From: the human T2T-CHM13v2.0 reference genome, Homo sapiens
Length of the DNA: 64,000 nt
NCBI RefSeq assembly: GCF_009914755.1
Contig: NC_060938.1
Strand: one strand, 5' to 3'
Part shown: in pieces, positions 38,299 through 51,508 of the stretch
Position numbering within the stretch: position 1 is the first letter of the stretch
How the letters are laid out: the number at the start of each line of letters is the position of its first letter
The notes under the pieces: generated by a model
What the model saw: only the letters and a program-made list of their open reading frames with translations
The model's database searches: none
What the model was told of the DNA's origin: nothing
Program-made: the position numbers and the translations under genes

Positions 38299-39199
38299 GC
38301 TGTGCTACATTTCCAGACCTTTCTCACCCCCATTTTTGTTGCCACCTGAGGTCCCCTGGGAGCTTCATTCTGGGCTGGCAGATGCCCTAATGTTCTAGAA
38401 CAGGAGCTCTGGAGTACCTGTTCACTTTCCAGTCCCCTTTTCCCATGTCCCCTCCCAGTTGTCCTCTTGCAGCCTGAAGAAGTCTCATGGTTCTAGACTG
38501 CAGACTTCTGCTGGGGCAGCTTGTTTACCTAGAAGAGGTGGCCAGAGCCCAGGTGACCAGGGAAGGAGTTCCCTGCAGTGTAACTCCACCTGGGGACTGA
38601 TCACTCACCATTGCCTGCCACCTGGGGAGGAAAGGCTCACCTCCACTTCCTTCTCAGATGGCCCCACCCTTGCATCCTCTGGTTGCCATAAAATTCTTTT
38701 GCACAGGAGGTTCCTGCTTAGCCCTGTGTCACCTCTGGGACCAGCCTGCAGGCCTGCCCAGTGCTGTGGCTCTGCCCAGGACAGCAAGGTGAGTTCAGAA
38801 GCAGAGGTTGGGCACTCTCAGACTCCCAGGGGCCAGGTATAGCAGCCCTGGCTCAGGCAGCTGCTGTGACCGACTGGGATCCCAGGCCGCTTTCCACCTC
38901 TTTCCTTCCTGGGAAGCACTGCCAGTCCTTGTCCTTCCAACTGACCAGGACAGGAGGTCAGAGGGGAGGTCATCCCCACAGACAGGGCTCCCAGGACGGC
39001 ACCTGCAAAGCTGCCCTCTGTGGTCCCGAGAGCCAGTGCCTGGCACGGCCGCCCGCTTCAGACTGTGGCTGTGGGCAAGTGTGTACTCTCCAGGAAGAAG
39101 GGGCCTGTTGCCTCACTGTTGATCATCCTTAAAAAAGAAACTAGAGACACCCCGGGTGCCTCTCTGCGGCCCCATAAATCTGGAGAGGAGGGAGCTGCA

Positions 39200-39485
39200 C
39201 CGAGCGAGCTTAGGCTTTTGAATTTTAAATGGCCAATTTGGTCAATGAATCAATTTCACTGGGCTGAGGCAGCGTGGAGATGAAAGCGGTTTTAAGACCT
39301 ATTGAAGGCGGTGAGAGCCTCTTTGTCCATGCTTTTCTCAGGCTGCCGCCCTCTAATATTTCATCTATATTCATTTTTATGGCTTTCCAAATTATAGATG
39401 TCAGCTAAAAAAACTGAAAAAAAGAGAGGGTGAAGAAAGGAGGGGGAAATTCACTGCTGTTGAATAGAAAGGCGAAGTTATCCCT
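39200..39485. promoter_or_regulatory. Candidate conserved non-coding enhancer 4
   Basis: Pbx-Hox TGATTCAT on the minus strand at 39245-39252, posterior-Hox TTTTATGG at 39375, TGTCA at 39399; unique AT-rich island. Confidence 0.5.
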
Positions 39486-39981
39486 CCCAAAGCCAGCCAG
39501 TGTGCTGGGACGTGACCCAGAACTCACAGCCGGTCCTTCCATATCTGGGCCTCATTCCTGCATCTGGTCTGTGACCCAAGGCTGAGCCTTTGCTGCCCAT
39601 GGGGCAAAGGATGAGGCAGACAGTTCTCCCTCCAGTGGGGAGCTCATGTTCTAGTGGGAGAAGGAGAGAGACCTCCTAAAAGTGAGCAGAACAAAGACCC
39701 TGGTACTCAGGGCAACACAGAGTGGGTGAGGCAGGGCTGTGGAGGAGGGAGTTGAGAGCAGGGTAGGAATGACCTGCCCTTGTGCAAGCATTTTCTTTCC
39801 AATTTCCACCATGCTCAAACTGTAACCTGAGGTTATGATGCCCATTCCTGGGAATTCATGTTCTACTGATCTGGAATAATTCTGACCTAACTGGCTAAAA
39901 ATTAATGTGTACATTATCTTTGATAAAGGGCTTGCTCTGCAATTTGTAGTATAAAGGGATCACAAGGTAAATACTTTAAAC

Positions 39982-40572
39982 CAGGGCTCAGCAAACTTTT
40001 TCTGCAATAGGCTGGCTAGTAAATATTTCAGCCTTGGTGCACCATGCAATCTGTTGCAACTACTAAACTCTGATGTTGTTACGTGAAAGCCGTCATAGAC
40101 AGCAATACGGTTTGGCTGTGTCCCCACCCACATCTCAAATGTTAGCTCCCATAATTCTCACATGTTGTGGAAGGGACCTGGTGGGAGGCCATTGAACCAT
40201 GAGGGCAGGTCTATCCAGTGCTGGTCTCATGATAGTGAGTAAGTCTCACAAGATATGATGGTTTTACAAATGGGAGCTCCCCTGCACATGCTTTCTCTCT
40301 TGTCTTCTGCCATGTAAGACAGAACTTTGCTTCTCCTTCACCTTCCCCCATTATTGTGAGGCCTCCCTAGCCATGTGGAACTGTGAGTCCATTAAACCTC
40401 TTTTTCTTTATAAATTACCCAGTTTCAGGTATGTCTTTATTAGTAGCATGAAAATGGACTAATACAGACAGTACGTAAACAAGTGAGTGTGGCTGCATTC
40501 CAGTAAAACTTTATTTATAAAAATGGGCAACAAGCTGGATTTGGCCCATAGGCCACAGTTTACCAACCCCTG
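39982..40572 (+). mobile_element. MER58A hAT-Charlie DNA transposon split by a THE1 LTR
   Basis: TIRs CAGGGCTCAGCAAACT / AGTTTACCAACCCCTG; AGTAAATATTTCAGCC; TTCCAGTAAAACTTTATTTATAAAAA. Confidence 0.85.
40103..40466 (+). mobile_element. THE1-family MaLR solo LTR
   Basis: ..GGTTTGGCTGTGTCCCCACCC...AAATGGACTAATACA; exact 5-bp TSD GACAG. Confidence 0.92.
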
Positions 40573-40599
40573 CTTTTAAATACCAAAGTGAATTCACTG

Positions 40600-41430
40600 G
40601 TTTTTCTGCAGTGTACTGTCCCATCCAGTGAACTTTTCACTTCAGAGATTGGCACAATTTGCCACTTCTAGAAATTCCACTTGGAATTTCTGTGTCCCCT
40701 ATTTCTCTCCTCGCTCTGTTCATGTTTTCCTTTAAGTCCTTGAGTATATGGAACATATTTATAACAAGTGTTTTAACATCCTGGTTTGCCTTTTCCATCA
40801 CCTCTGTCAGTTCTGGGCCTATCTCTATTATTAATAACTAATTTTTTCCTGTCGATAGGCCCTACTTTCCTACTTGTTTGTCTAGTGATTTTTGATTGGA
40901 TGCTGGACATTGTGTTGAATACTGTACATTGTTGAGTTCTGAATTCACTTACATGCCTTTAAAGAGTGTTGGGCTCCATTCTGGCAGGCAGTTAAGTCAC
41001 CTGGAGAGAAGTTTGATGCTTTTGAGGGTGAGTCTAGAGTCACCTTTCCTCTTGGGTGAGTTAAGCCCCACTACTAAAGCAAAACTCTTCTGAGTCTCTA
41101 GTGAATGCCCATGTCTTCAATAACTTCTCTCCATTCTGGCTGGTGGAAACTTAGATGGTTCTAAGCCATTCACCTTGCAGCTCTCTGATAATTGTTATTT
41201 CTTCAGCATTGCCCTTGAAGTTTCACGCCTTGCGTGGGACAATTGACATTCAGGCACAGACCTATGGGAACCCCTATGCAGAATTCTGGCACTCTTTTTC
41301 TGCCTATTTCCCTCTTCTCTGGTATTCTGCCAGCAAATTCTAGCCATCTCAGCCTCCCAAAATTCTGATCTCTATCTCCTCAATCCAATGAGACCACCAG
41401 GCTCTGTGTGGATCCCTCCTCTCATAAGAA
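40600..41430 (-). mobile_element. Ancient L1 5'/ORF1-region fragment (L1M4-like)
   Basis: TTCTAGAAATTCCACTTGG, GATTGGATGCTGGACATTGTG, CAAATTCTAGCCATCTCAGCCTCC; resumes at about 42120-42200. Confidence 0.55.
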
Positions 41431-41690
41431 GACAAAGAGCTGTCAGCCTTAAGGAAGGACGGAGAACTGAAAAAATGTCCAGCCATCCTAAAGGAATCTC
41501 CAAATCAGTACCAAGGAAGCAGGTCCACCACACCTTGACTAAGGCCTTCCTTCCCCATCACAGCCCATTACTCCATAATCCAGTCCTCAGCATAGCAGCC
41601 CTCCTGGACATTGTCTCCACACAGAAAGTCCAGGCCTCAGAGGGGTCACTTTATTTGTTTCCCTCTGAATGGGTGTCTCAGTTCTGCACT

Positions 41691-42115
41691 TGCTGTGGTT
41701 TGAATGTTTTCCCCCCAACCTCATATTGAAATTGGATTCCCAGGGTTGGAGGTGGGGCCTAATGGAAGGTGGCTGGGTGGTGGAGGTGGACCCCTCATGC
41801 ATAGATCATGCCCTCCCTCAGGGAGGAGCGAGCTCTTGCTGTTAGTTCTCATGAGAGGGGCTTGTTGAAAAGGGCCTGGCACCTCCCCCATCTTGCTTCT
41901 TCTCTTGCCATGTGGTCTCTGCACACACCAGCTTCCCTTCACCTTCCCCTGTGAGTGGGGAAGGTGGCACAGCCTGAGGTCCTCACCAGAAGTTGAGCAG
42001 ATGCTGGCACCATGCTTCTGTCCAGCCTGCAGAACCATGAGGCAATAAAGCTCTTTTTCTTATAAATTACCGAGCAGTAGGTATTCCTTTATAGCAACAA
42101 AAATGGACTAAGACA
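41691..42115 (+). mobile_element. MSTB/MSTD MaLR solo LTR
   Basis: TGCTGTGGTTTGAATGT...ATAGCAACAAAAATGGACTAAGACA; TSD GCACT/GCGCT. Confidence 0.9.
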
Positions 42116-42729
42116 GCGCTCACTCTCCAATGTCTGAGAACAGTCGTTTCATACTTTTTTGCCCAGTTTTCTAGTTGCTTAACTCAGAAGAGTGAGTCTG
42201 GAAGCTGTAGTAGGAGACTCTGCCCATGGATCTTAAATAATATAAAAGTACTCATTTCTATCTAACCCACTTTACCACTTTAATATAACTGTGGTGAGTT
42301 GGCAGCATCACAGACTTTAGGTTGGACGGAGCTTAGAAACCACGTGGTGCTAGCCTTTCACATTGCAGACAGAGAAAGGGAAGCCCAGGGAGTGGTGGGG
42401 CATGGCCGTTTAGCAGCTGGTGGCAAGCAGGCTGATACAAGACTTGTCTATCCCTGCACCACCCTCAGCTACTGCCCACCCATGTCCTCCTGCAGCCTGG
42501 GCACCCAGGTAACAGCTCTGAACTCCGTGTTTACAACCCCCATGCCGACACACATGCACACTGCTGCATAAGCATCAATTTCCTACCAAGTTGGTCCATG
42601 GGCCAGCGGGCTGCACCTAGAGGAGATCTGTCCACACCAGCCCGCCTGAAAACAACCGAGCCACAGTGCTGGGCCCAGAACCCAGTACAGCCCCCTTTCC
42701 TCTCAGGCCATCCCAGCCTACCAGAGGAG

Positions 42730-42801
42730 TCTAGTAATGCCAGCCCTCCAAAGCAAGGTTCCTCAGCAAACCACACCCCGCCCACACCACAGAGCCCTCA
42801 G
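42730..42801 (+). repeat. Dispersed ~72-bp direct repeat, copy A
   Basis: About 89% identical to 43738-43810. Confidence 0.88.
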
Positions 42802-43331
42802 GCCACAGCATAACACACATAACACAGCTTCTCATTCATTTAGGGGCTAAATGTCAGCAACTGCAGGCACAGGTCTCTGCTGAGGCCAAGGTATTAGACC
42901 TGCTGGGGAGAGGGAGGAGCAGTTATCAGCCTGCCCTGAGCTGGAGGTGGGTGTGCCTCAGACCTCGTGCCAGCCTGGGTCCTGCCACCCTCTAGGTGTC
43001 ACCGGCCCCCTGGGCCCCCACACAGAGAGTGAGACTCATTCAGCAGGAAGGGCTGAGAAAGCTGGGAGGGGTGGCCGGCAGCTGGCACAGCACAGGCTTC
43101 TCCATGCACGCATTACCTCCCAGGGTTGCCTGACTGACTGTTGAGAGTCAGGCTTCATCCTGGTGCTGCAGGTGCCCTGGAGACATGAGCTGCTAAGGTG
43201 AGGCTGCCACAGAGGAGGGCGGCTCCCCATCCCTTTGCTTGGGACTGAGGGGTTTCCCAGGGCATGGGACTTTGAATGCCAATGCCGGGAAGGCCCCAGG
43301 CAGACTGGATGAGTTGGTCACGCCACCCTAG

Positions 43332-43737
43332 TGTAATAGCTGATAGGCTGACATCTCAAAGATTCACATCCTGGTGGCTGGGGCCTGTGAATGTGTGACT
43401 TCACATGGCCCCTGCCGGTGTGATTAAGTCAAGGACTGGAGCTAGGGAGTGGCTCTTGGATGGGGTGGACCCTGCATGCAATCACGGGAATCCTTTTAAG
43501 AGGAAGCAGGGGCAGATTTGGCAACGCAGAGGAGGAGACCGCGCAGACAGAGGCAGAGATGGAGGGGTGCAGCCACACCAGGGCCACCTGGAGCCCCCGA
43601 AGCCTGGAGAGACAGGGACGAGATTCTCCCTTTGAGCCTCCAGAGGGAACCAGCCTTGCTGACATCTAGATTTTAAAGCCATGAGACTTGTTCTGAATTC
43701 CTGGCCTCTGGAAATGTGAGATAATAAAGTAACGTTT
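43332..43737 (+). mobile_element. MLT1D/C-like MaLR LTR, 3'-truncated
   Basis: CTGTGAATGTGTGACTTCACATGG, GATTCTCCCTTTGAGCCTCCAGAGGGAACCAGCC, CTGGCCTCTGGAAATGTGAGATAATAAA; the terminal ~60 bp are missing. Confidence 0.8.
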
Positions 43738-43810
43738 TCTAATAAGGCCAGACCTCCAAAGCAAGGCTCCTCAGCAAACCACACGCCACCCACACCACAC
43801 AGCCCCTCAG
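43738..43810 (+). repeat. Dispersed ~72-bp direct repeat, copy B
   Basis: TCTAATAAGGCCAGACCTCCAAAGCAAGGCTCCTCAGCAAACCACACGCC... Confidence 0.88.
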
Positions 43811-46059
43811 TCTGCGGATTCACAACACAACCCAGGAGATAGGACCCGGGAGACGCCGGCCCCCGCCTGCAGCCAGGCTGAGCTTGACGGCCACAATAGG
43901 GGCAGCCATAGCAGAGGGCTGCCTCAGAAGTTCTGCTTCACCACCGGGGAAAGTGCCAGGAGGCCTGGCACGTCCCGGGATAGTGAAGACGGGTAGCCAC
44001 TGGGCCACCTGGAAGGTGACTGCGGCACCTGCACCCCCCGCATGGTTGCTCCCCACCCCCAGAGCTGCTGCAGGCACACCTGGCGCCTGCTCCAGCCAGC
44101 CTTGGCATCTTCCTCTCTGTTCCTCCCTCCGGGCAGGGCAACTGGGCAGGCTGGACACCCAGCAGGGGAGCTGTCCACATCAAGAGCTCCCCTTCTACTA
44201 CCATTTCTGGGCCACGTCCTCCGCCCTCAAAACAGCAAACCCGTCTCCAGTGCCAGACTCGGGGCTGCACATGACCAGGGCAGGAGTAACTGAACTCGCA
44301 GAGGACAAAAAGAAGAAAGAGGAAGGGAATCCCTTCAGCGCCACAGCTGAGCTGTGTTTGCTGTAGTTTCTCCAATTTCTTTGTGAAAATGTAATCGCGG
44401 TCCCGGAGCACGTGGGACCCTCTGCACACTGACAGTGGGAGGGAGACTCACTGCAGGGGCTGCCGAGAGCCCCCGCCTGGGGTCCTTGACCTGCTGGGCT
44501 GGGGGGCTGGGGAGAGTCTGTGGGTGCAGAGAGCTGAGTCTCTGGGGCTGGGGCCCCTCCTCCTCCATGTCTTTCAGACAAGGTGTCAGGGCCCCACCTG
44601 GGACCACACTGACCTATCATAGCCAAGGTGACCTTGGCTGGCTGGCCCCTGAGTGAGGCTGGGGAAGGAGGCAGGAAGCAACAGGCCTGGATTTGGGATG
44701 ACTGCCCCGCTGGGACCTCCTAGAAGGTGTCACCCTGAGGGGCCAAGAGGGAGGTGAGCCTCAGAGCTGAGGTCCACCTGCAGCCTTTGCCTGACCTTTG
44801 GTTCTGGGGGCAGCTTGGGGACCCCCACCTGCCACTGTCAGCCTTTCCACCTGCAGGGTCAGGCAACTTAAAACCTGAGGACATCACAAAGCAGGAAATG
44901 AGTTCCTAAATAGAAACCCACTGGGGTCTCCCACCTACTACCACCCCTCCTCCTCTCCTGCCTCCCTGCTCCTCCTGGCATGTTGGCTCCCCCAGCAACG
45001 CCGCCCTCCTCTCAGACACACACTCCCTACCTGCCTGCACCCTTACCCCACCCAGCCTCCTCTGGCCTCCCTGGCCCCCAAGTTCAGCCTCCTCGTTCCC
45101 TGTCCCTGCTCTGTCCCACCCAAGGAGCAGTGTGCAGCCCCTCCCCTGCACCCCTCCCTGGCGACCTCACCCCACATCTTGGCGCCAGGCACCTCCAGAC
45201 ACTCTCCCCACTTGTCTGCCATTAAGGAGACCTCTTGTCCTAGAAGCTTCCAGCAAGGCAACCACCACATTGCAGACCCCCTTCCTCCTGCCCCCTGCCC
45301 CAGGCCCAGGTTTGGAGCAGCTGCCCATCGCAGAGCAGCCACCGTGGGGTGTCAGCTGGCCGGGGTCACCTTCTCAGTGTTTGGCCATTTCCTCACTGGC
45401 AGGACCCTGAAGCTTCATCCAAAGCAAGAGGAGAAGACAGGTAAGGACTGCAAGCCACACTGGGCGCTTGGATCTGGAAGAGAAGGGCAGAGACTTGGCT
45501 GGCTGAGGGTGAACCTCTCCTCCACCGTGGGCAGCCCAGGCCCTGCCTGGAGAACAAGCAGAGGGGGAGATTCTCCCTCAGGAGAGAGCGGAGGGGGAGA
45601 TTGCCCCCAGGTTGCCATGGGGCTGGGATAGAAGATTCTGTGACCAGGAAATGGCCCAGCCTGCTGCTCCACCTGGCTGCAGCCACCCCTTTCTCCAAGA
45701 CCAGACTTATGGGTCTGTCTCCCTGCTGCCTCCCTCTGCCGTTCTGCAGCTCTGGGGAGCTCTGTAACTGGGGGGCCCAATTCTGCCATTCTGCAGCTCT
45801 GCAACTGGGGGGCCTGGGTCGGTGGGGAGGTGGAAGTTGCCCCTGCAGAGAGTGTGTTCTCTTTTCGGGGAGACCTGGGCCTCCTGGTGCTGGAGGGGCT
45901 CCCAGCTGTGAGTAGGCAGGCCCCATGTAGCAAGGAGACAGCTCGCCATGTGGACTCCCTTGGGTTTGGTGATTGGTCACTGCCCACTGGCGTGCACTCA
46001 GTGCGTTCCTGGGCCCACCCAGGCTTCTTGATCTCTTGTGATGTTTGTAATCTGGCATT

Positions 46060-46345
46060 TGGGAGAGAGTGAGGTAAAGGCAATTTTGCAACTGCAATAA
46101 AACCAGCAAAGTGATCCTCTGATGGTTCTTAATGAGATCCGTCTATCTCCCCTGACTGAGCCGGCAGACTGCAACCCCATGTGTGAGGTCAAAATGAATG
46201 TCACATGGTCCCCCACAGAACCAGAGAAGCCATCACCATGGTGCCTGGCCTAATCTGCTCCAGCATCCGACAGGAGTGATCAGAAGATACTCACAGGAAA
46301 TTGTTTTTCCTGCCTCGTAACCATAACAACAGATGAGAGCTGGTC
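46060..46345. promoter_or_regulatory. Candidate non-coding element 5 (weaker)
   Basis: Unique, lower-GC patch with CAATAAAA at 46095, TTAATG, AGGTCA, CTAATC and AACAGATG. Confidence 0.35.
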
Positions 46346-46749
46346 TTGCTCAACTTTCCGAGTGAGCATCTTTGTCAACATGTAGCCAAACCCAGGACAC
46401 AAAAGCAGAGACCAGGGCTGGCAAAAGGGCACTTTGGAGATATCAGGGTTTGGGGCTCCTGTGAGGTCTGGATTCTCCCCTCTCCTGCCCCACCCGACAG
46501 GGATGGCTTAGAACGTTCCTGAGTGTGGACTAGAAGGTGGGTGGAAGGACAATGGGCCCCCTGGAAGTGTGCATACCTGGCATCACAGTGAGCTGTGGCT
46601 GCTGCCTGGGCAGAAGCTGAGAGGCTGCCTTGCTGCCCAGAGTCCCCACAGGCCTGCAGGTGGGCACCAGTCCTTGCTTCCCAGATTACAGTCAAATGCT
46701 CTGCCCATATCATTCCCTAACTCTGACAGCACCAGGTCCAGATCTATCC

Positions 46750-48325
46750 CCTAAACTGCAACAGTATTGCTGAGAGAAATTAAAGAAGAGCTGAATGAAT
46801 GGAGAAGTATACCAAGTTCATGGATGGGCAGACTCTCTATGGCTAGGATGTTGTTCAGCCACCCCAAAATGATCAGTAGACCGAATGTGATCTTCATAAT
46901 AATTCCAATGAGCTTTTTGACGGAAATTGATTGATTGATTCTAAAATGCATTTGCAAGTGCAAAGACCTGGAAAAGAAACATGATCCTGGATAAAGAGCA
47001 CCGTTGGACTAATACGATCTGATTTCAGGATGCTGCAAAGCCCAGTAATCAGGGCAGTGAGATACTGGCGAAGAAATAGACACTTAGATAATGGAAGAAA
47101 ATGTAGAGACAAGAACTAGACCCATAAATACATTTCCCATCGATTTTTAGCAAAGGCTGCAAGGAAATTCAATAAAGAAAGAAAGTCTCTTTGACAAATG
47201 ATGTTGGAGCAACTGGATACATTTATGGGGGAAATAAACCCCAACCCCTTCCTCACACCATACATGAAAATTAATTTAAGATAAACCACAGATCTAAATC
47301 TAAAATATGGACCAGGAAATACCTAGAACACACAGGAGAAAATCTGCAACATTGAGGTAAACAAAGACTCTTTAGAGAGGACACAAAAGGCTCTGGCCAA
47401 TAAAGAAAAAACAACAAGCAGAAATTAATCAACATTTAAAATTTCAGGTCATCAAGACATTGTCAAAAAACAAAAAGGTATTTCATAAAATTAGGGAAAA
47501 AAATATATGTGTGTGTATATATATGTGTATATATACACACACATATATTTTCTCTAACTCTATTAATATATATGTATATATATATGCACACACATATACA
47601 CATATATATACACACTCACACACACATACATCTTATATCCAGAATATATTGAGAGTTCTTACAAATCAACAATAAAAAGACAATCCACTTATCCAAAATA
47701 TATAAAGAGTTCTTACAAATCAATAATAAAAAATCCAATTAAAAGATGCTTCATAAAAGAAGACACATAAATGCTGGATAAGCACATGAAAAGATGTGTA
47801 ACATCATTAATCATCAGGAAATAGATACGAAAATCTCCAGGAAGTAGTTTTTTGCCCATCGGGTTGACAATACTAAATGTCAGTGTGGATATGCAGAAGC
47901 CGGAACTCGCCTATACTGCAGGTGAGGGTACAAAACGGTGCTGCCACTTAGAAAACTGCTTGGCAATCTCTTACATAATTAAACCTCCACCTGTCCTATG
48001 GCCCTCCTAGCTATTTATCCAAAGGAAATAGAAACATTTGTACCCCAAAAATACTTGCACAAGAATGTTTATAGCAACTGTATTTATAATAGTCAAAAAC
48101 TGGAAACTACCCAAAGGTACACTGGCAGGAAAAAGCATAAATAGATTTTATATTTATAAAATGGAATACCCTTCAAAGATAAAATGGATAAACTACACAG
48201 ATAAAGCTCAAAACAACTTGGTTGGGTGTTGGTTATGTGTGTGTATTTGTCAAAACTCATCAGGTTGTACCCTTAAGATCTGCACATTTCACTTTATGTA
48301 AAATTTATTTCATAAAAAGCAATTT
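46750..48325 (+). mobile_element. Decayed L1 (L1MC/ME-like) ORF2 3' part and 3' end
   Basis: GAGAGAAATTAAAGAAGAGCTGAATGAATGGAGA, AAAATTAATTTAAGATA, AATGTTTATAGCAACTGTATTTATAATAG; internal (TA/CA)n at 47500-47630 and a ~55-bp duplication at 47631-47740. Confidence 0.85.
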
Positions 48326-49244
48326 CCCCAAAACAATATGATAATAGCACAAAAGGGCTGCCCTCTCCCCTCAGCCACGGCCAAGTGTGATGTTGCACTC
48401 AGACCCCACCCGAGCGTCCTGGCTTTGAGTCTCCTTCAGGATGCCCAGGTGTACACTTTGCTCGGAGCTCCGGAGCAGCAGACAGGGTTGCAGGGGTGGG
48501 GGGCTGCTGCCCTCCAGTGGTGCATGGCCCTAGCAGGTCCCCCCTCACCACACTACAAGCTCCCCACTGGAACCCTGGAGCCCGCATGCCTCCCAGAGGG
48601 CTCGTGCAGGGACCCCCAGGCAGCAGATACGGGCACCCCACGAGTGTGGCCACAGGAGGCTCCGTGAAGGGCAGCAGCCTGCAGCCATCACTCTGCCAGT
48701 CTCCCCGAGACACCCCAGTGCGCCCTGCAGTAGAGCTGGCTGGCCGGGCTGGGATCTGCAGACAGGTGGCAGCTCCACCTGGAAGGATAGAAAATGCAGT
48801 TGGGATTGCCACTTCTAGGTCTTGCCTGACTTCTGCCCTTTCCCAAACACAGGGCCTTGTGGTGCCTTCAGCTGGTCCCTCCTCCTGGAGTCCCCTCCCA
48901 CCCATCCCAGCATCACCTGCAGCACTCTCCCGCCAAGGTCAGGCTCAGGCAGGGCCTCCCACCCCCATCCAGGAGGCTTGGCCAGGCCCATCCTCTAGGG
49001 AGCTGGGGACCTGGCCTTCCAAGAGCCACCAAGACATGTCTCAGAGGTAGATGGGGGCTGGGCAGTGAGCCGGAGCCTGCCCCCTCCCCTCCTGCCCCAG
49101 GGCCAGGGGCAGCAGCATGAAGCCTCCTGGTCTCCCTTCCATTCCCTGGCCAGGATGGAGACGCCCTCAGGGCTGGTGCAGGCCTCCAGCCCCCATGCCT
49201 AGTGGCCTGGGAGACAGCCAGCCCCACCAGATGAGGATGTGAGC

Positions 49245-49440
49245 CACACAGGCAATTTTCTCTAGAAATAAATGGAGAGAAATTGCTCTAACAGGCAAAC
49301 GGCCTCTGTTTCAAAGCTAATTTCCACATAATAGAACCAAACTACTTCCCTTTCCTCTCCTCTGTCTCTTCTGCATAATTTGACAAATTGCAAAGCTATT
49401 TGATTCGGGGGCTCAAACACAAGCACTGACTCCAATAGTC
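49245..49440. promoter_or_regulatory. Candidate non-coding element 6
   Basis: AT-rich island in very GC-rich flanks; CTAATTT, CATAAT, and TGCATAATTTGACAAATTGCA (POU-like, palindromic). Confidence 0.45.
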
Positions 49441-50226
49441 AGGGACAGATGGGGAGAGGGGAGAAGGCAAAGCTCCCCAGAAAGCGCCCGCTGACTCCAG
49501 GGCTCTGAGAGGACATTTCTGGGACTGGCAGGTCAGAGTGCAGGGGTGGGGCAGTGGCCAGGGCTGGGCACCTCCGCATTCTGCCACCATCTCCCCAGGC
49601 GAGCAGAGGCCCGTCTGGGAAGGGCTGCCGTGGTAGCTGATGCACAATATGTCCCGCGGGGCTTGCCAGCGCGCTCCTGGCTCTGATCTGGTGCCTGGCA
49701 GGGCCAGCCCTGCTCCCAGCCAAGACCAAGGCCTGTGCTTGTGCTGCCGGCTTGGCCACGTGCTGAGACCGAGCCAGACCCAGCCAGGAGAAGCAGCTGG
49801 TACCTGAGCACCCCAGCCAGGCCACGGTGCCCGTCACCAGCGCCGCACAGCCCGCCCCATCTTCAGCTCCAGCCGCCGAGCTTGACAGCTCTGGCCCTGG
49901 AATCCCCACAGGCCCTGTGTGTGTCTCTCCTGCATCTCCTTCCCTGTCCATGTCCTCCCGGGAACTCAGAACCCCCCTCGCCACCCGGGGACCTGCACAT
50001 CCCTACCACACACGCAGCCCACAGCCGGGCACGTGGTACGGTGCATCCTGTGTGCAGGGGACGCATGAAGAAATGCACGCAGCTGGGGCTGAGGACACGG
50101 AGGCCTCCAGGCAGGGGTCCGGGCCAGCCTCCCACCCACACCCCAGGCAGGTGGGCAAGTCACGGAGCACAGGGGACAGAGAGCAGTGGCATTTCCTAAA
50201 AGGACTTTCTATTATTTAACCTATTA

Positions 50227-50569
<343 letters not shown>

Positions 50570-51201
50570 TTATTTTTAACAATATTATTTTACAGCTATA
50601 CAAATACTACACGAAAGCAGGCTTGATATTAAAAAGTGAGAGCCTCCTTCACCTGCACCCCAGTCCCCCATACTGTTCCTTCCCCGAGATTCTCCCCGCA
50701 GTGCACCTGTGAGCACCTTCCAGAGCTGTCCAGGTACCTGTAGGCAGGTCTGAGTATGCAGACATGTGGCTCGGGGCAGTCGCAGGAGGAATCCCACTCG
50801 CCTGTGATCCCCTGCCCTGCGTTTGTGCTTCTCATGTACTTCCACATAGAGAAACAAGGGTCACACATGGACCCTCAGCAAGACCATGGACAACAAGTGC
50901 AAGACCCAGGACAACCCAGCCCAGCAGATCCTGCCCGCCCACCAGCTGCCATGCAGTGCTCAGAGGCTGGAAGTTGAGGGTCACTCGTGCACCACCCCTA
51001 CCTGCAAAGAGCACCCATCCAGGGGCACAGGGCACAGGAAGCTCCGGCCGAGAGGCGTGCAGATGGGAGATGCCCTGGGGAGTGGTGGGGAAACTCCTGC
51101 CACAGGGGGCCTTCAGGGGCCCTCGGAACCACAGAATCCTTTTGGAAGCCAAGGACATCAAGAGAGAAGGATCAAAAGAAACCGAAGCACAGGCTTGCGA
51201 T

Positions 51202-51508
<307 letters not shown>

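Noticed and set aside
43820-46109. Overlapping 140-240 aa ORFs on both strands
   Set aside because: GC-rich unique DNA with no domain similarity, consistent frame preference or convincing splice structure that I can see.
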